Shown here: piece by piece, positions 9,499 through 17,746 of the stretch
Position numbering within the stretch: position 1 is the stretch's first letter
How the letters are laid out: every line of letters begins with the position of its first letter
Source: an uncultured Verrucomicrobiae bacterium
GTDB lineage: Bacteria; Verrucomicrobiota; Verrucomicrobiia; Chthoniobacterales; UBA10450
Length of the DNA: 64,000 bases
Direction: 5' to 3'
Assembly: GCA_963735805.1 (NCBI GenBank)
Contig: CAVTMK010000002.1
Coordinates: 672,001 to 736,000 of the forward strand
Position numbers and translations under genes: made by a program
Notes under the pieces: model-generated
Database searches by the model: none
Seen by the model: only the letters and a program-made list of their open reading frames with translations
Told to the model about the DNA's origin: nothing

Positions 9499-9924
9499 CT
9501 ACAGTAATTTCGCTTCGAGATTGATCTGTGTGCCGGCGAGAGCGACGGATACGGGGCAAGTCTTTTTCGTTAACTCCGCTTGCTCCTTAAACTTTGCTTC
9601 ATCGATTCCAGGGACATCGGCCTCGGTTCTTAAGTCGATCGTGGTGATTTTCGGTCCGCCGCCAACCATCTCGAGTTTCACGGTCGCAGTGGTGCTGACT
9701 CGTTTCGCGGGATGCCCCGCTTTCTCCAAGTTTGCCGAAAGAGCCATCGTGTAACAACCGGCTTCAGCCGCGCCGATTAGTTCCTCAGGGTTCGTCCCTT
9801 TCCCTTCTTCGAAGCGCGATGAAAAAGAGTAGGGACCTTCGAATGCGCCGCTCCCCAGTTTCACGGTTCCCTTGCCTTGTTTCAGAGTGCCTTCCCAGAC
9901 AGCCGATCCAGTTCGTGTTGCCAT
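9499..9924 (-). CDS. osmC: OsmC-family peroxiredoxin
   Basis: GTNPEELIGAAEAGCY and CPVS motifs; AAGGAG RBS before ATG 9924. Confidence 0.92.
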   Translation of the reverse strand: MATRTGSAVWEGTLKQGKGTVKLGSGAFEGPYSFSSRFEEGKGTNPEELIGAAEAGCYTMALSANLEKAGHPAKRVSTTATVKLEMVGGGPKITTIDLRTEADVPGIDEAKFKEQAELTKKTCPVSVALAGTQINLEAKLL

Positions 9925-10014
9925 TGTTTTATCTCCTTTGTTTGTTTGCTGATTACGATTCGCGCCACACGCCGGCGGGCGCAATCTCTTTTGCCTTTTA
10001 ATCCAACGAATGAA

Positions 10015-11343
10015 CTATGCAGCTTCCGGTGCAGCAATATCACCGAGCGGGGCGACCTGTTTTCCCCGCTGTGCTTGCGCAAAAACGCGCTGCTTGTGGC
10101 CTAACCAAATACTGAGCGCCAGCCAGGCAGCGATAATTGGCACTGTCAGAAAACTTATTCCACGCAATCCGAAACCGAGCGCGTTGAGGCCACGGTACGA
10201 CCATGCGCCGAGCTGATCGCCGACGCGATAAGCAAAGGTGTCGATCACACTCTTCGCTTTGTATTTGTCTTCACGTCGCAGAACCGTGAAGAGCACTTCG
10301 CGCGCGGGTCGCATGAACGCGAATGTCGCCGCGCGCCGTAGGACCTGGAATACAGCTAAAACCGCGAGTAGCGGGCTAATTCCAATGAAAACAAATCCAA
10401 TCAAACTTAACGTTGGCATAATGATCAATGTCGGAGTGACTCCGAGCCACTTTAGAAGCCTGCCAGTCAGGAAAAGTTGACCAAAGAACGTCAGCGTGTT
10501 TACCGAGCGGTCGAGATTGGCAAAAAACGTTGTACGCGCTGCTCGATCGGCGAAACCGTGACCAGCCAGATCGGATTGTTGAAAATAGGCCCAGGTCGAA
10601 GTCGTGGAATAAAAAATAATAAACGCGAACAAGCCAAAAAGGTAAGGAGATCGAAAAATGTGAGTAATCCCGGACCAAAGACTGCCTCCGATTGCGGCCT
10701 CTTCCTCACGACGCTGTTGCGATGCCTGCTGGCCTCGTGTGAAGTCCGCGGGAAAGAAACGCACGGATTGCGCTGCAACTTCAAACATTGCGCCGGATAC
10801 CAAAAGCAAATTGGCTGCGCCAATTGGCTTGACCAAGGAGGCAGTGATGCTCCCGCCGATAATGGCGCCTAACGAACCGCCTATGCTGATAAAACCGAAG
10901 AGCCGTTTCCCCTGTTCGTTGCTGAACAGATCGGTCATGAACGCCCAAAATACGGTGACCAGAAAAAGATTGGCGACACTTAGCCAAACGAAGAATGTGC
11001 GCCCTAGCCACGCTTGCTGTGCTGGCGACAGAATGCGCATGAGCACGGAAAAAATGATAAGATTCACAATGAAAAAACGGTAGGCAATCGGGATGAATCT
11101 GCGCCGCGACATTCCCGCCACGAGTGCAGAAAACAGCGCATTAGCGATCAGCATCGCGATTAACGTGGCCGTGAACATCCACGGCAGATTTTCCACGCCG
11201 CTGGACGCGCCTATCTCATCGCGGATCGGCCGAATCACATAATAGCCGCCAAGAACCATGAAATTGAAAACGAAGCCGAGCCAGAGCGCGCGAATTTCAT
11301 TCGCCTTAACGTCAACGATTTTGCCGAGGATCCGTTTCATCAA
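10015..11343 (-). CDS. MFS transporter, NTP/NDP exchange (AAA family)-like
   Basis: ~12 TM helices; YYVIRPIRD, QGKRLFGFI and YKAKSVID motifs. Confidence 0.82.
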   Translation of the reverse strand: MMKRILGKIVDVKANEIRALWLGFVFNFMVLGGYYVIRPIRDEIGASSGVENLPWMFTATLIAMLIANALFSALVAGMSRRRFIPIAYRFFIVNLIIFSVLMRILSPAQQAWLGRTFFVWLSVANLFLVTVFWAFMTDLFSNEQGKRLFGFISIGGSLGAIIGGSITASLVKPIGAANLLLVSGAMFEVAAQSVRFFPADFTRGQQASQQRREEEAAIGGSLWSGITHIFRSPYLFGLFAFIIFYSTTSTWAYFQQSDLAGHGFADRAARTTFFANLDRSVNTLTFFGQLFLTGRLLKWLGVTPTLIIMPTLSLIGFVFIGISPLLAVLAVFQVLRRAATFAFMRPAREVLFTVLRREDKYKAKSVIDTFAYRVGDQLGAWSYRGLNALGFGLRGISFLTVPIIAAWLALSIWLGHKQRVFAQAQRGKQVAPLGDIAAPEAA

Positions 11344-11350
11344 AAAGTTT

Positions 11351-11435
11351 TGTCATTCCGAGTGCGTGCGAGGGACCTCACAAATACGGGACACGCTAAC
11401 GGAGTAGGAACGGCCCTAGCTGCGCTCACGATGGC
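11351..11435. repeat. TGTC-tagged REP pair; right arm overlaps the stop of the epimerase gene
   Basis: TGTCATTCCGAGTGCGTGCGAGGGACCTC...CCCTAGCTGCGCTCACGATGGC. Confidence 0.7.
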
Positions 11436-12562
11436 GACGCGTGATTTTTCTTCCACGCGGCTAGCACTTCGGCTTCGCGTTCCGGTGTGATCCCGGCTTT
11501 CATGTGCGCCTGTCGATCTGGCGACTGGGATTTGAACCAGGCAAGGGTGTCAAGCGCGGTTTCATCAAGCGGGCGAAAGATTAGCCCTTTGGCAAGCGCA
11601 CGATTGATGTTGGTGCGGGTGATCCCGTCCTCCGCACCGGCCCAAACGGGCATATCAGACCAGGCCTGTACCTTTTGATTGGTCAAAAATTTCTCATCCG
11701 CCCAGATAAACTTGGCGTTGGATTTCAGGGCGGATTTGATTCCATCGAGCATTCCGCCAATGGTGATCGGCCTGGCCGGGCCGGTCGCATTGTAAATTCC
11801 AGTCTCGCCATTTTCCGTCATGCGGATCGTCCATTCCGCCAAATCGCGTCCATCGATGTACTGAACGGAATCCTCCGGTTTACCCGGCGCAAGCACGTCG
11901 CCGCCGCGATAGATCCGAACCGGCCAATAGGTAAAGCGATCGCTCTCGTCCCGTGGCCCGACGATTAATCCAGGCCGGATGATGAGCGTTTTTCCGGGAA
12001 ACCACTTCTCTGCTTCCTTCTCGGAAAGCACTTTGAGAGGTCCGTACAACTTGAAACCATTCGCCTTCATTGATTGAAGCGTTTCCTTGTACGGATCGGC
12101 CCCCCCGTAGCTTTGCAGCGGCGCGTTTTCATCCAGACCGGTCTTTGAGTCCTGGTAGACCGAAATAGTCGAGGTAAAAACGTATCGATCGACGTTTCCC
12201 TTCAAAATCTGCGCGGCATCACGCACCCAGATCGGCAGCGTTGTGGGATTATCGATCACTACATCCCAGGTTCGGCCTTTCAACGCGTCCAACTGTCCGT
12301 TGCGATCGCCGATCAGTTGCTCGACCTCACCGGGCAACTCGCCTGGATGGCTTTTGCCACGATTGAACGTAGTAACCTTATGTCCGCGGCTCAGCGCATA
12401 ACGCACTTGGTATGGCCCGGTGAATCCGGTGCCGCCCAGAATAAGAATGCGCAGAGGCTTCACAGCTTTCTCTGCGAGCGTTGTGGGCGATTTCATGTTG
12501 AGAGCAAGAGCACCAGCGGCGGTACTCGAGACTTTGATAAATTGGCGACGTGTTGTCTTCAT
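11426..12562 (-). CDS. Tat-exported NAD-dependent epimerase/dehydratase (extended SDR)
   Basis: TRRQFIK Tat motif; GGTGFTG Rossmann motif; YGPLK. Confidence 0.88.
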   Translation of the reverse strand: MKTTRRQFIKVSSTAAGALALNMKSPTTLAEKAVKPLRILILGGTGFTGPYQVRYALSRGHKVTTFNRGKSHPGELPGEVEQLIGDRNGQLDALKGRTWDVVIDNPTTLPIWVRDAAQILKGNVDRYVFTSTISVYQDSKTGLDENAPLQSYGGADPYKETLQSMKANGFKLYGPLKVLSEKEAEKWFPGKTLIIRPGLIVGPRDESDRFTYWPVRIYRGGDVLAPGKPEDSVQYIDGRDLAEWTIRMTENGETGIYNATGPARPITIGGMLDGIKSALKSNAKFIWADEKFLTNQKVQAWSDMPVWAGAEDGITRTNINRALAKGLIFRPLDETALDTLAWFKSQSPDRQAHMKAGITPEREAEVLAAWKKNHASPS

Positions 12563-12662
12563 AGCGTAGTAACCTTTCTTGTCGTTCTGAGAGAAGCCAC
12601 CTACTAAGCCGTAGCTTTATACGAAGTCTGGAGGAAGCTAGCATTCCCTCGATCCGCTCGAT

Positions 12663-13613
12663 ATGCCAGTAGATAAGAAAATCCGCATGACACGTCGCAA
12701 AGCGACGCGCTTAATTGGCGTGGGCGCGGCAGGATTATGTTTGCCGGTTCGTGCATCGCGTGCCCAGGCGAAAGCCGAATCATCAGCGATGTTGACCCGT
12801 TCAATTCCTTCATCAGGCGAAAAGCTGCCCGTGATCGGCTTGGGAACCTGGCAGGCGTTCGATGTCGATTTTAGTTCGGACACCCGAAGACAGCTCGGAG
12901 ACGTGCTCTCACTTTTTGTAAAGCTCGGCGGACGGGTAATCGATACATCGCCGATGTATGGCCGCGCCGAAGAAGTGATTGGTGACCTGACGGCTGCCCT
13001 CGGCGTTCGCGACGAGGTTTTTCTTGCCACGAAAGTTTGGACGCGAGGCAGGGAAAACGGAATTAAATCGATGGAACGCTCCATGACGCTTTTACGAGCG
13101 AAAAAAATCGATCTGATGCAAGTCCACAATCTCGTCGATGTTGAGACGCAACTGGCAACGCTGCGTGAATGGAAAGCGCAGGGCCGCATCCGTTACCTTG
13201 GTATAACGCACTACGAGGCGGGCGCATTTGCTGATGTGGAAAAAATCATGCGAAGCGAAACGCTCGATTTTGTGCAGATCAATTATTCGATCCTGGAACG
13301 CGAAGCAGAAGACCGCCTGTTGCCGCTCGCCCTGGAACGCGGCATTGCCGTAATCGTTAATCGGCCGTTTGGTGGTGGCGATCTTTTCAGTCGGACGCGC
13401 TCAAAGCCAATGCCCGATTGGGTTGCCGAATTTGATTGTCGTTCCTGGGCGCAATTTTTCCTCAAGTGGATCGCGGCTAATTCCGCTGTCACTTGTGCCA
13501 TTCCCGCGACCAACAAACCGCGGCATCTTGAGGATAATATGATGGCAGGCATAGGGCGGCTTCCTGACGCAAGAATGCGGCGACGAATGGTTGAATTAGT
13601 CTCGTCACGGTAG
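12663..13613 (+). CDS. Aldo/keto reductase with Tat-like signal
   Basis: IGLGTW, IDTSPMYG, LATKV and DLMQVHN motifs; TRRK. Confidence 0.92.
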   Translation: MPVDKKIRMTRRKATRLIGVGAAGLCLPVRASRAQAKAESSAMLTRSIPSSGEKLPVIGLGTWQAFDVDFSSDTRRQLGDVLSLFVKLGGRVIDTSPMYGRAEEVIGDLTAALGVRDEVFLATKVWTRGRENGIKSMERSMTLLRAKKIDLMQVHNLVDVETQLATLREWKAQGRIRYLGITHYEAGAFADVEKIMRSETLDFVQINYSILEREAEDRLLPLALERGIAVIVNRPFGGGDLFSRTRSKPMPDWVAEFDCRSWAQFFLKWIAANSAVTCAIPATNKPRHLEDNMMAGIGRLPDARMRRRMVELVSSR

Positions 13614-13755
13614 CGGCGACCGATCAAAAATCGCCTCTCAAACTGCTCTTGCGGAGACCTGTCCGTATTTGTTAATTGTCAACGGAAAAAATTTACGTTT
13701 TCTGAAAAAAAATCAGTTGCAGGGGCGCTCGATCTCATCGATAGGAGCGCGCTTT

Positions 13756-14307
13756 ATGGGAAAAATAACCCCCTGTCTTATTATCGGGCTTTGTTGCGTG
13801 GCATTTTATCCGCGTCCGGCGGCAGCGCTGACTTTTTCAGCGCCGAAACCAAAATTTGGTTACACGGACGCATCCGGTAAAAAGCAGTCGGTTGAGGTGG
13901 TCGACAAATATTACCCCAAGAAAATTGTGCACCCGTTCGGCAATGATTCGAAGATCGATCCGAAGCTGCGCCGAGCTGCGACCATCGCAGAAGAACGCGC
14001 GCGAGCACACTCTCTTTCCAAGTGCTGGCACTACGTCAAAGAAGCTCTTGTTGCCGCTGGGGTGGTGAAGTCCCGCCCCCAAACGACCCTGGCAAAGCAA
14101 GCCGGGCAGGAGCTGGTGAAAAATTACGGATTCAAGAAACTGCCGGTGACCGATCCGTATCAGGCGCCTGTTGGTTCCGTGTTGGTCTATGGCGCCAAAC
14201 GCGCCGCGGGCCACGTCGAGATTCGCACGGAAAATGGTTTCGTCAGCGATTTTCGCTCAAAGACGCCGTCTCGCCGGCCGCTATTAGGTATTTTCGCCAA
14301 GAGTTAG
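13756..14307 (+). CDS. Secreted NlpC/P60/CHAP-like Cys-His amidase candidate
   Basis: Signal peptide; KCWHYVKEAL and GSVLVYG...AGHVEI; GGAG RBS. Confidence 0.6.
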   Translation: MGKITPCLIIGLCCVAFYPRPAAALTFSAPKPKFGYTDASGKKQSVEVVDKYYPKKIVHPFGNDSKIDPKLRRAATIAEERARAHSLSKCWHYVKEALVAAGVVKSRPQTTLAKQAGQELVKNYGFKKLPVTDPYQAPVGSVLVYGAKRAAGHVEIRTENGFVSDFRSKTPSRRPLLGIFAKS

Positions 14308-14389
14308 GATTGCTCCTCTGGGCGATTCTAAGCGCCTGAAAGAATCAATTCCGGCTGGCAATTTGTCCAGGCCCGCAGATTCTTTGGCG

Positions 14390-15121
14390 ATGATTCAACC
14401 GGTCCGGATTGCCATGTGGTCGGGCCCGCGAAATATCTCGACGGCTATGATGCGTGCCTGGGGTAATCGCGCCGACACGTTTGTAATCGATGAGCCATTT
14501 TATGCTTTTTACCTGTGGGAAACTGGCAAGGAGCATCCCGGCGCAGACGCGGTGATCGGGTCTGGCGAGACCGATTGGCGAAGAGTCATCGCGGAACTAA
14601 CAGCGCCCATCCCGGACGCGAAGCGGATCTTCTTCCAGAAACAAATGTCGCATCACCTTTTGCCGGGGGTGGCCCGTGAATGGCTCAGTGCAGTAACAAA
14701 TTGTTTTCTAATTCGAGACCCACGCGAGGTAATCGCTTCATACGTCAAAAAACGAGAGGATCCAGCGCTGGCGGATCTGGGCTTTGTGCAGCAGTCGGAG
14801 ATTTTTGATTTTGTCCGTGCTCAAACGAATTCGATCCCGCCCGTCGTCGATGCAAAAGATGTGCTGGAAGATCCCAAACGAACATTGCGCCTGCTTTGCG
14901 AGGCAGTCGGCGTCGACTTCAGTGAATCCATGCTGTCATGGCCGCCTGGATTGCGCGAGAGCGACGGCGTCTGGGCAAGGCATTGGTACGGTGAAGTAGC
15001 AAAAACAACGTCTTTTCAACCATATCGACCGAGCGAAGTGAAGGTTCCGGTGCATCTGCAGGAAACTCATGATCGCTGTCGTGAATGTTACGACCGATTG
15101 TGCGAATACAGACTGCGTTGA
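14390..15121 (+). CDS. Sulfotransferase-like P-loop protein (BCAT-like-protein N-terminal domain type)
   Basis: AMWSGPRNISTAMMRAW, DEPFY and FLIRDP motifs. Confidence 0.8.
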   Translation: MIQPVRIAMWSGPRNISTAMMRAWGNRADTFVIDEPFYAFYLWETGKEHPGADAVIGSGETDWRRVIAELTAPIPDAKRIFFQKQMSHHLLPGVAREWLSAVTNCFLIRDPREVIASYVKKREDPALADLGFVQQSEIFDFVRAQTNSIPPVVDAKDVLEDPKRTLRLLCEAVGVDFSESMLSWPPGLRESDGVWARHWYGEVAKTTSFQPYRPSEVKVPVHLQETHDRCRECYDRLCEYRLR

Positions 15122-15134
15122 ACCATTCAAACCA

Positions 15135-16058
15135 ATGCTTCAAAAGTTCGATGAACGAAATCGCAACCTGATCGTTAATATTAACGGTCGGCTTTTGCAC
15201 CGCGATGAGGCCGGAATCAGCCCGTTTGATTCGGCCGTACAGGGCGGCGACGCAGTTTGGGAAGGCCTGCGTCTATACAATGGCCGCATTTTCAAACTCC
15301 ACGAGCATCTCGACCGGTTGGAACATTCGGCACAGGCTTTGTCTTTTGTCGAAATTCCGTCGCGCGAAAAAATCATCGAGGAAATCAAACGCACACTTAC
15401 GGCGAACAAGATGAGTGACGGCGTGCATGTCCGCCTCACGCTGACTCGCGGTGTAAAGATCACTTCCGGAATGGACCCGCGTCTGAATCAGAGCGAGCCT
15501 ACCTTGATCGTTCTCGCGGAGCATAAGGCACCGGTCTACGCGAAGAACGGCCTGACTTTGATTACGACCAAAGTCCGCCGCCCGCCGCGCGAGGTTCTGG
15601 ATGCGCGAATTCATCACGCGAATCTGCTGAATTCGATTCTGGCTAAGATCGAAGCCAACAACGCGGGTGCAGACGACGCCTTGATGCTCGACACGCGCGG
15701 CTTTGTCGCGGAAACAAACGCCACGCACGTCTTCATCGTGCGCAACTCCGATCAATCGCGAACAAGCGGTGATCTGGCGACCAGTCGGGTGCTGGCCTGC
15801 CCGGAGGGAATCACCCGCGCCACAGTGATCGAGATTTGTGCGACCGAAAAAATTCGCTGTGTCGAGACCGACCTTTCGGTCGTCGACGTTTATGGCGCCA
15901 GTGAGATGTTTTGTACCGGAACGATGGGTGAGCTGGCTGCCGTTACGAAGCTCGACAATCGCCAGATAGGCGATGGCACCGTTGGCCCCATGACAAAACG
16001 GCTCAGCGATATTTACGCCAAACGAACCGCCAGTGAAGGCGTACAGGTTTTGAATTGA
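15135..16058 (+). CDS. PLP-dependent aminotransferase class IV
   Basis: GDAVWEGLR, HLDRL, ETNATHVF, GITR and GTMGE motifs. Confidence 0.9.
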   Translation: MLQKFDERNRNLIVNINGRLLHRDEAGISPFDSAVQGGDAVWEGLRLYNGRIFKLHEHLDRLEHSAQALSFVEIPSREKIIEEIKRTLTANKMSDGVHVRLTLTRGVKITSGMDPRLNQSEPTLIVLAEHKAPVYAKNGLTLITTKVRRPPREVLDARIHHANLLNSILAKIEANNAGADDALMLDTRGFVAETNATHVFIVRNSDQSRTSGDLATSRVLACPEGITRATVIEICATEKIRCVETDLSVVDVYGASEMFCTGTMGELAAVTKLDNRQIGDGTVGPMTKRLSDIYAKRTASEGVQVLN

Positions 16059-16077
16059 TACTAGTGTGCGGCTACAA

Positions 16078-16183
16078 TGTCATCCTGAGCGAAGCAAAGA
16101 AGTCTCCACGTGCCTCGATCACGCAAAGTAGTTAGTGGATCACCACTTTCGATCACGGATTTCTCGCGCCGCTCGGAATGACG
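16078..16183. repeat. TGTC-tagged REP pair
   Basis: TGTCATCCTGAGCGAAGC...GATTTCTCGCGCCGCTCGGAATGACG. Confidence 0.75.
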
Positions 16184-16223
16184 CATTGAACAATTACACG
16201 TTGGGGGGTGGGCCTTAAGAAGC

Positions 16224-16832
16224 CTACTTTTCCCAGGTTTTCTTTTGAAAGGAGGCCCGGCCCGATCCCTGCTCGAACGCTTCAAAATGTTCCGGGTTTT
16301 GCTGGTAGTATTTTTGATGATACGCCTCAGCCGGATAGAACTTCATCGCCGGCAGAATTTCGGTTACAATTGGCTTGTTGAATTTTCCTGAACGCCCCAG
16401 CTTCTCCTTTGAAGCCTCTGCGGTTTTCTTCTCTTGATCGCTGCTGTAAAAAATCGCCGCACGATAACTAGGTCCAACGTCAGTAAACTGTCCGTCCACT
16501 TGGGTTGGGTCGATTTGTCGCCAATAGATATCGAGCAACTGATCGTAGGAGATCTTTGCCGGATCGTACGTAATTTGGATCGATTCGCGGTAGCCGGTTT
16601 TTTCCGAGGAAACAAGTTCGTAGGTCGGGTTCGGTTCAGTCCCGCCGCAATAACCCACGACGCTCTTGATTACGCCTTTGGCTTTATCAAATGCCGGCTG
16701 AATGCACCAAAAGCAGCCGCCCGCGAAGATCGCGATCCGTGTTTCTGCAGGGGAATTTTGCCCCTGGCTACTTGCGATAGTGCCGGCAACAATCGCCACG
16801 TAACCTAGCCCGAGAAGAAAGATTCGCTTCAT
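16224..16832 (-). CDS. msrA: Peptide-methionine (S)-S-oxide reductase MsrA, exported
   Basis: FAGGCFWC and AEAYHQKYY motifs; signal peptide. Confidence 0.95.
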   Translation of the reverse strand: MKRIFLLGLGYVAIVAGTIASSQGQNSPAETRIAIFAGGCFWCIQPAFDKAKGVIKSVVGYCGGTEPNPTYELVSSEKTGYRESIQITYDPAKISYDQLLDIYWRQIDPTQVDGQFTDVGPSYRAAIFYSSDQEKKTAEASKEKLGRSGKFNKPIVTEILPAMKFYPAEAYHQKYYQQNPEHFEAFEQGSGRASFQKKTWEK

Positions 16833-16936
16833 AGTTTCGGTCTTTAGACACCCTTCTAGTCCGCACGTTGTGAATAACTCAGCTTATTTTTTGCTTGCCA
16901 TCAGCAGTGCGGCCGTCATAAACGGATTCCAGGTTT

Positions 16937-17019
16937 AGTGCCTCTGACGATAAAGTCACACTCTGATTTTCTCCTCAGCGTGCCTGCGAGTGAGGGTAGC
17001 TTAGCTCACCGCAGGCACG
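16937..17019 (+). ncRNA. Candidate small RNA (three hairpins, CU-rich anti-SD loop)
   Basis: AGTG..TGAC-GATAAA-GTCA-CACT; CTGA-TTTTCTCC-TCAG; CGTGCCTGCG..CGCAGGCACG; TTGCCA box upstream. Confidence 0.4.
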
Positions 17020-17047
17020 TCCATTATAGAAGGCGTCTCATAAATGT

Positions 17048-17147
17048 TGTAGTTGCCTCGCTGCGTCGAGGCGAGGTGTTTGGTCGAGGTTGCTGATTGT
17101 GGGCAAAGCGACAACCGGGAATGCGGGCAGGCTTTGCCGTGGCTACA
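17048..17147. repeat. GTAG-family REP pair (GCCTCG/GCCACGG type)
   Basis: TGTAGTTGCCTCGCTGCGTCGAGGCG...GCCGTGGCTACA; similar to 25496 and 41140. Confidence 0.85.
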
Positions 17148-17161
17148 GCGCATATTACGAG

Positions 17162-17746
17162 ATGGCTTCTAGACTAGTTGCGCTTGATTCGCTGACTGAT
17201 CGCCTCGACGTGGAGAAGACTTTCGGACGCAAAGCGTCTTTGCGGGTCGATCTTGGGTGCGGCGACGGTTCATTTCTCTGCGCAATGGCGCAGCGAATGC
17301 CGGGCAACAATTTTCTCGGGATAGAACGGTTGCTCGATAGAGTGCGCGCTTCGGCGCGTAAAGCTGCGGCGCTGGACAATGTACGACTGTTGCGAATCGA
17401 AAGCTCCTACGCGGTGCGTTATCTGTTGCCGGCTGAATCAGTAGAAACATTTTATTTGTTGTTTCCGGATCCCTGGCCAAAACGCCGCCATCATGCGCGC
17501 CGCATCGTAACGCCGGATTTCCTAAGCTCGGTTCATGCTGCGCTCGAGAAAAATGGGAGCTTTTACGTTGCCACAGATGACGTCGATTACTTTCGAAAAA
17601 TCCAAGGGATCGCTAAATCAAATCCCGGTTTTGCAATCGATGACACTGTTGTCGATCTACCGCACAGCAAATTTGGGCTCATTTTCCGGAAACAAGGCGC
17701 GCCCGTTCATTGGTTGGCACTGCGAAAAGTTTCGCCAGTAAAATAG
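17162..17746 (+). CDS. trmB: tRNA (guanine-N7)-methyltransferase
   Basis: DLGCGDG SAM motif; FPDPWPKRRHHARR; ATD. Confidence 0.92.
   Translation: MASRLVALDSLTDRLDVEKTFGRKASLRVDLGCGDGSFLCAMAQRMPGNNFLGIERLLDRVRASARKAAALDNVRLLRIESSYAVRYLLPAESVETFYLLFPDPWPKRRHHARRIVTPDFLSSVHAALEKNGSFYVATDDVDYFRKIQGIAKSNPGFAIDDTVVDLPHSKFGLIFRKQGAPVHWLALRKVSPVK

Noticed and set aside
15745..15775. Short insertion NSDQSRTSG in the aminotransferase
   Set aside because: No palindrome or similarity to the repeat families; cannot be shown to be an insertion without an alignment.
16869..16877. DnaA box-like TGTGAATAA
   Set aside because: Single copy with no box cluster or dnaA context, so not evidence for an origin.
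17707..17746. 40-bp convergent overlap of trmB and comEC
   Set aside because: Short 3' overlaps are common in compact genomes.
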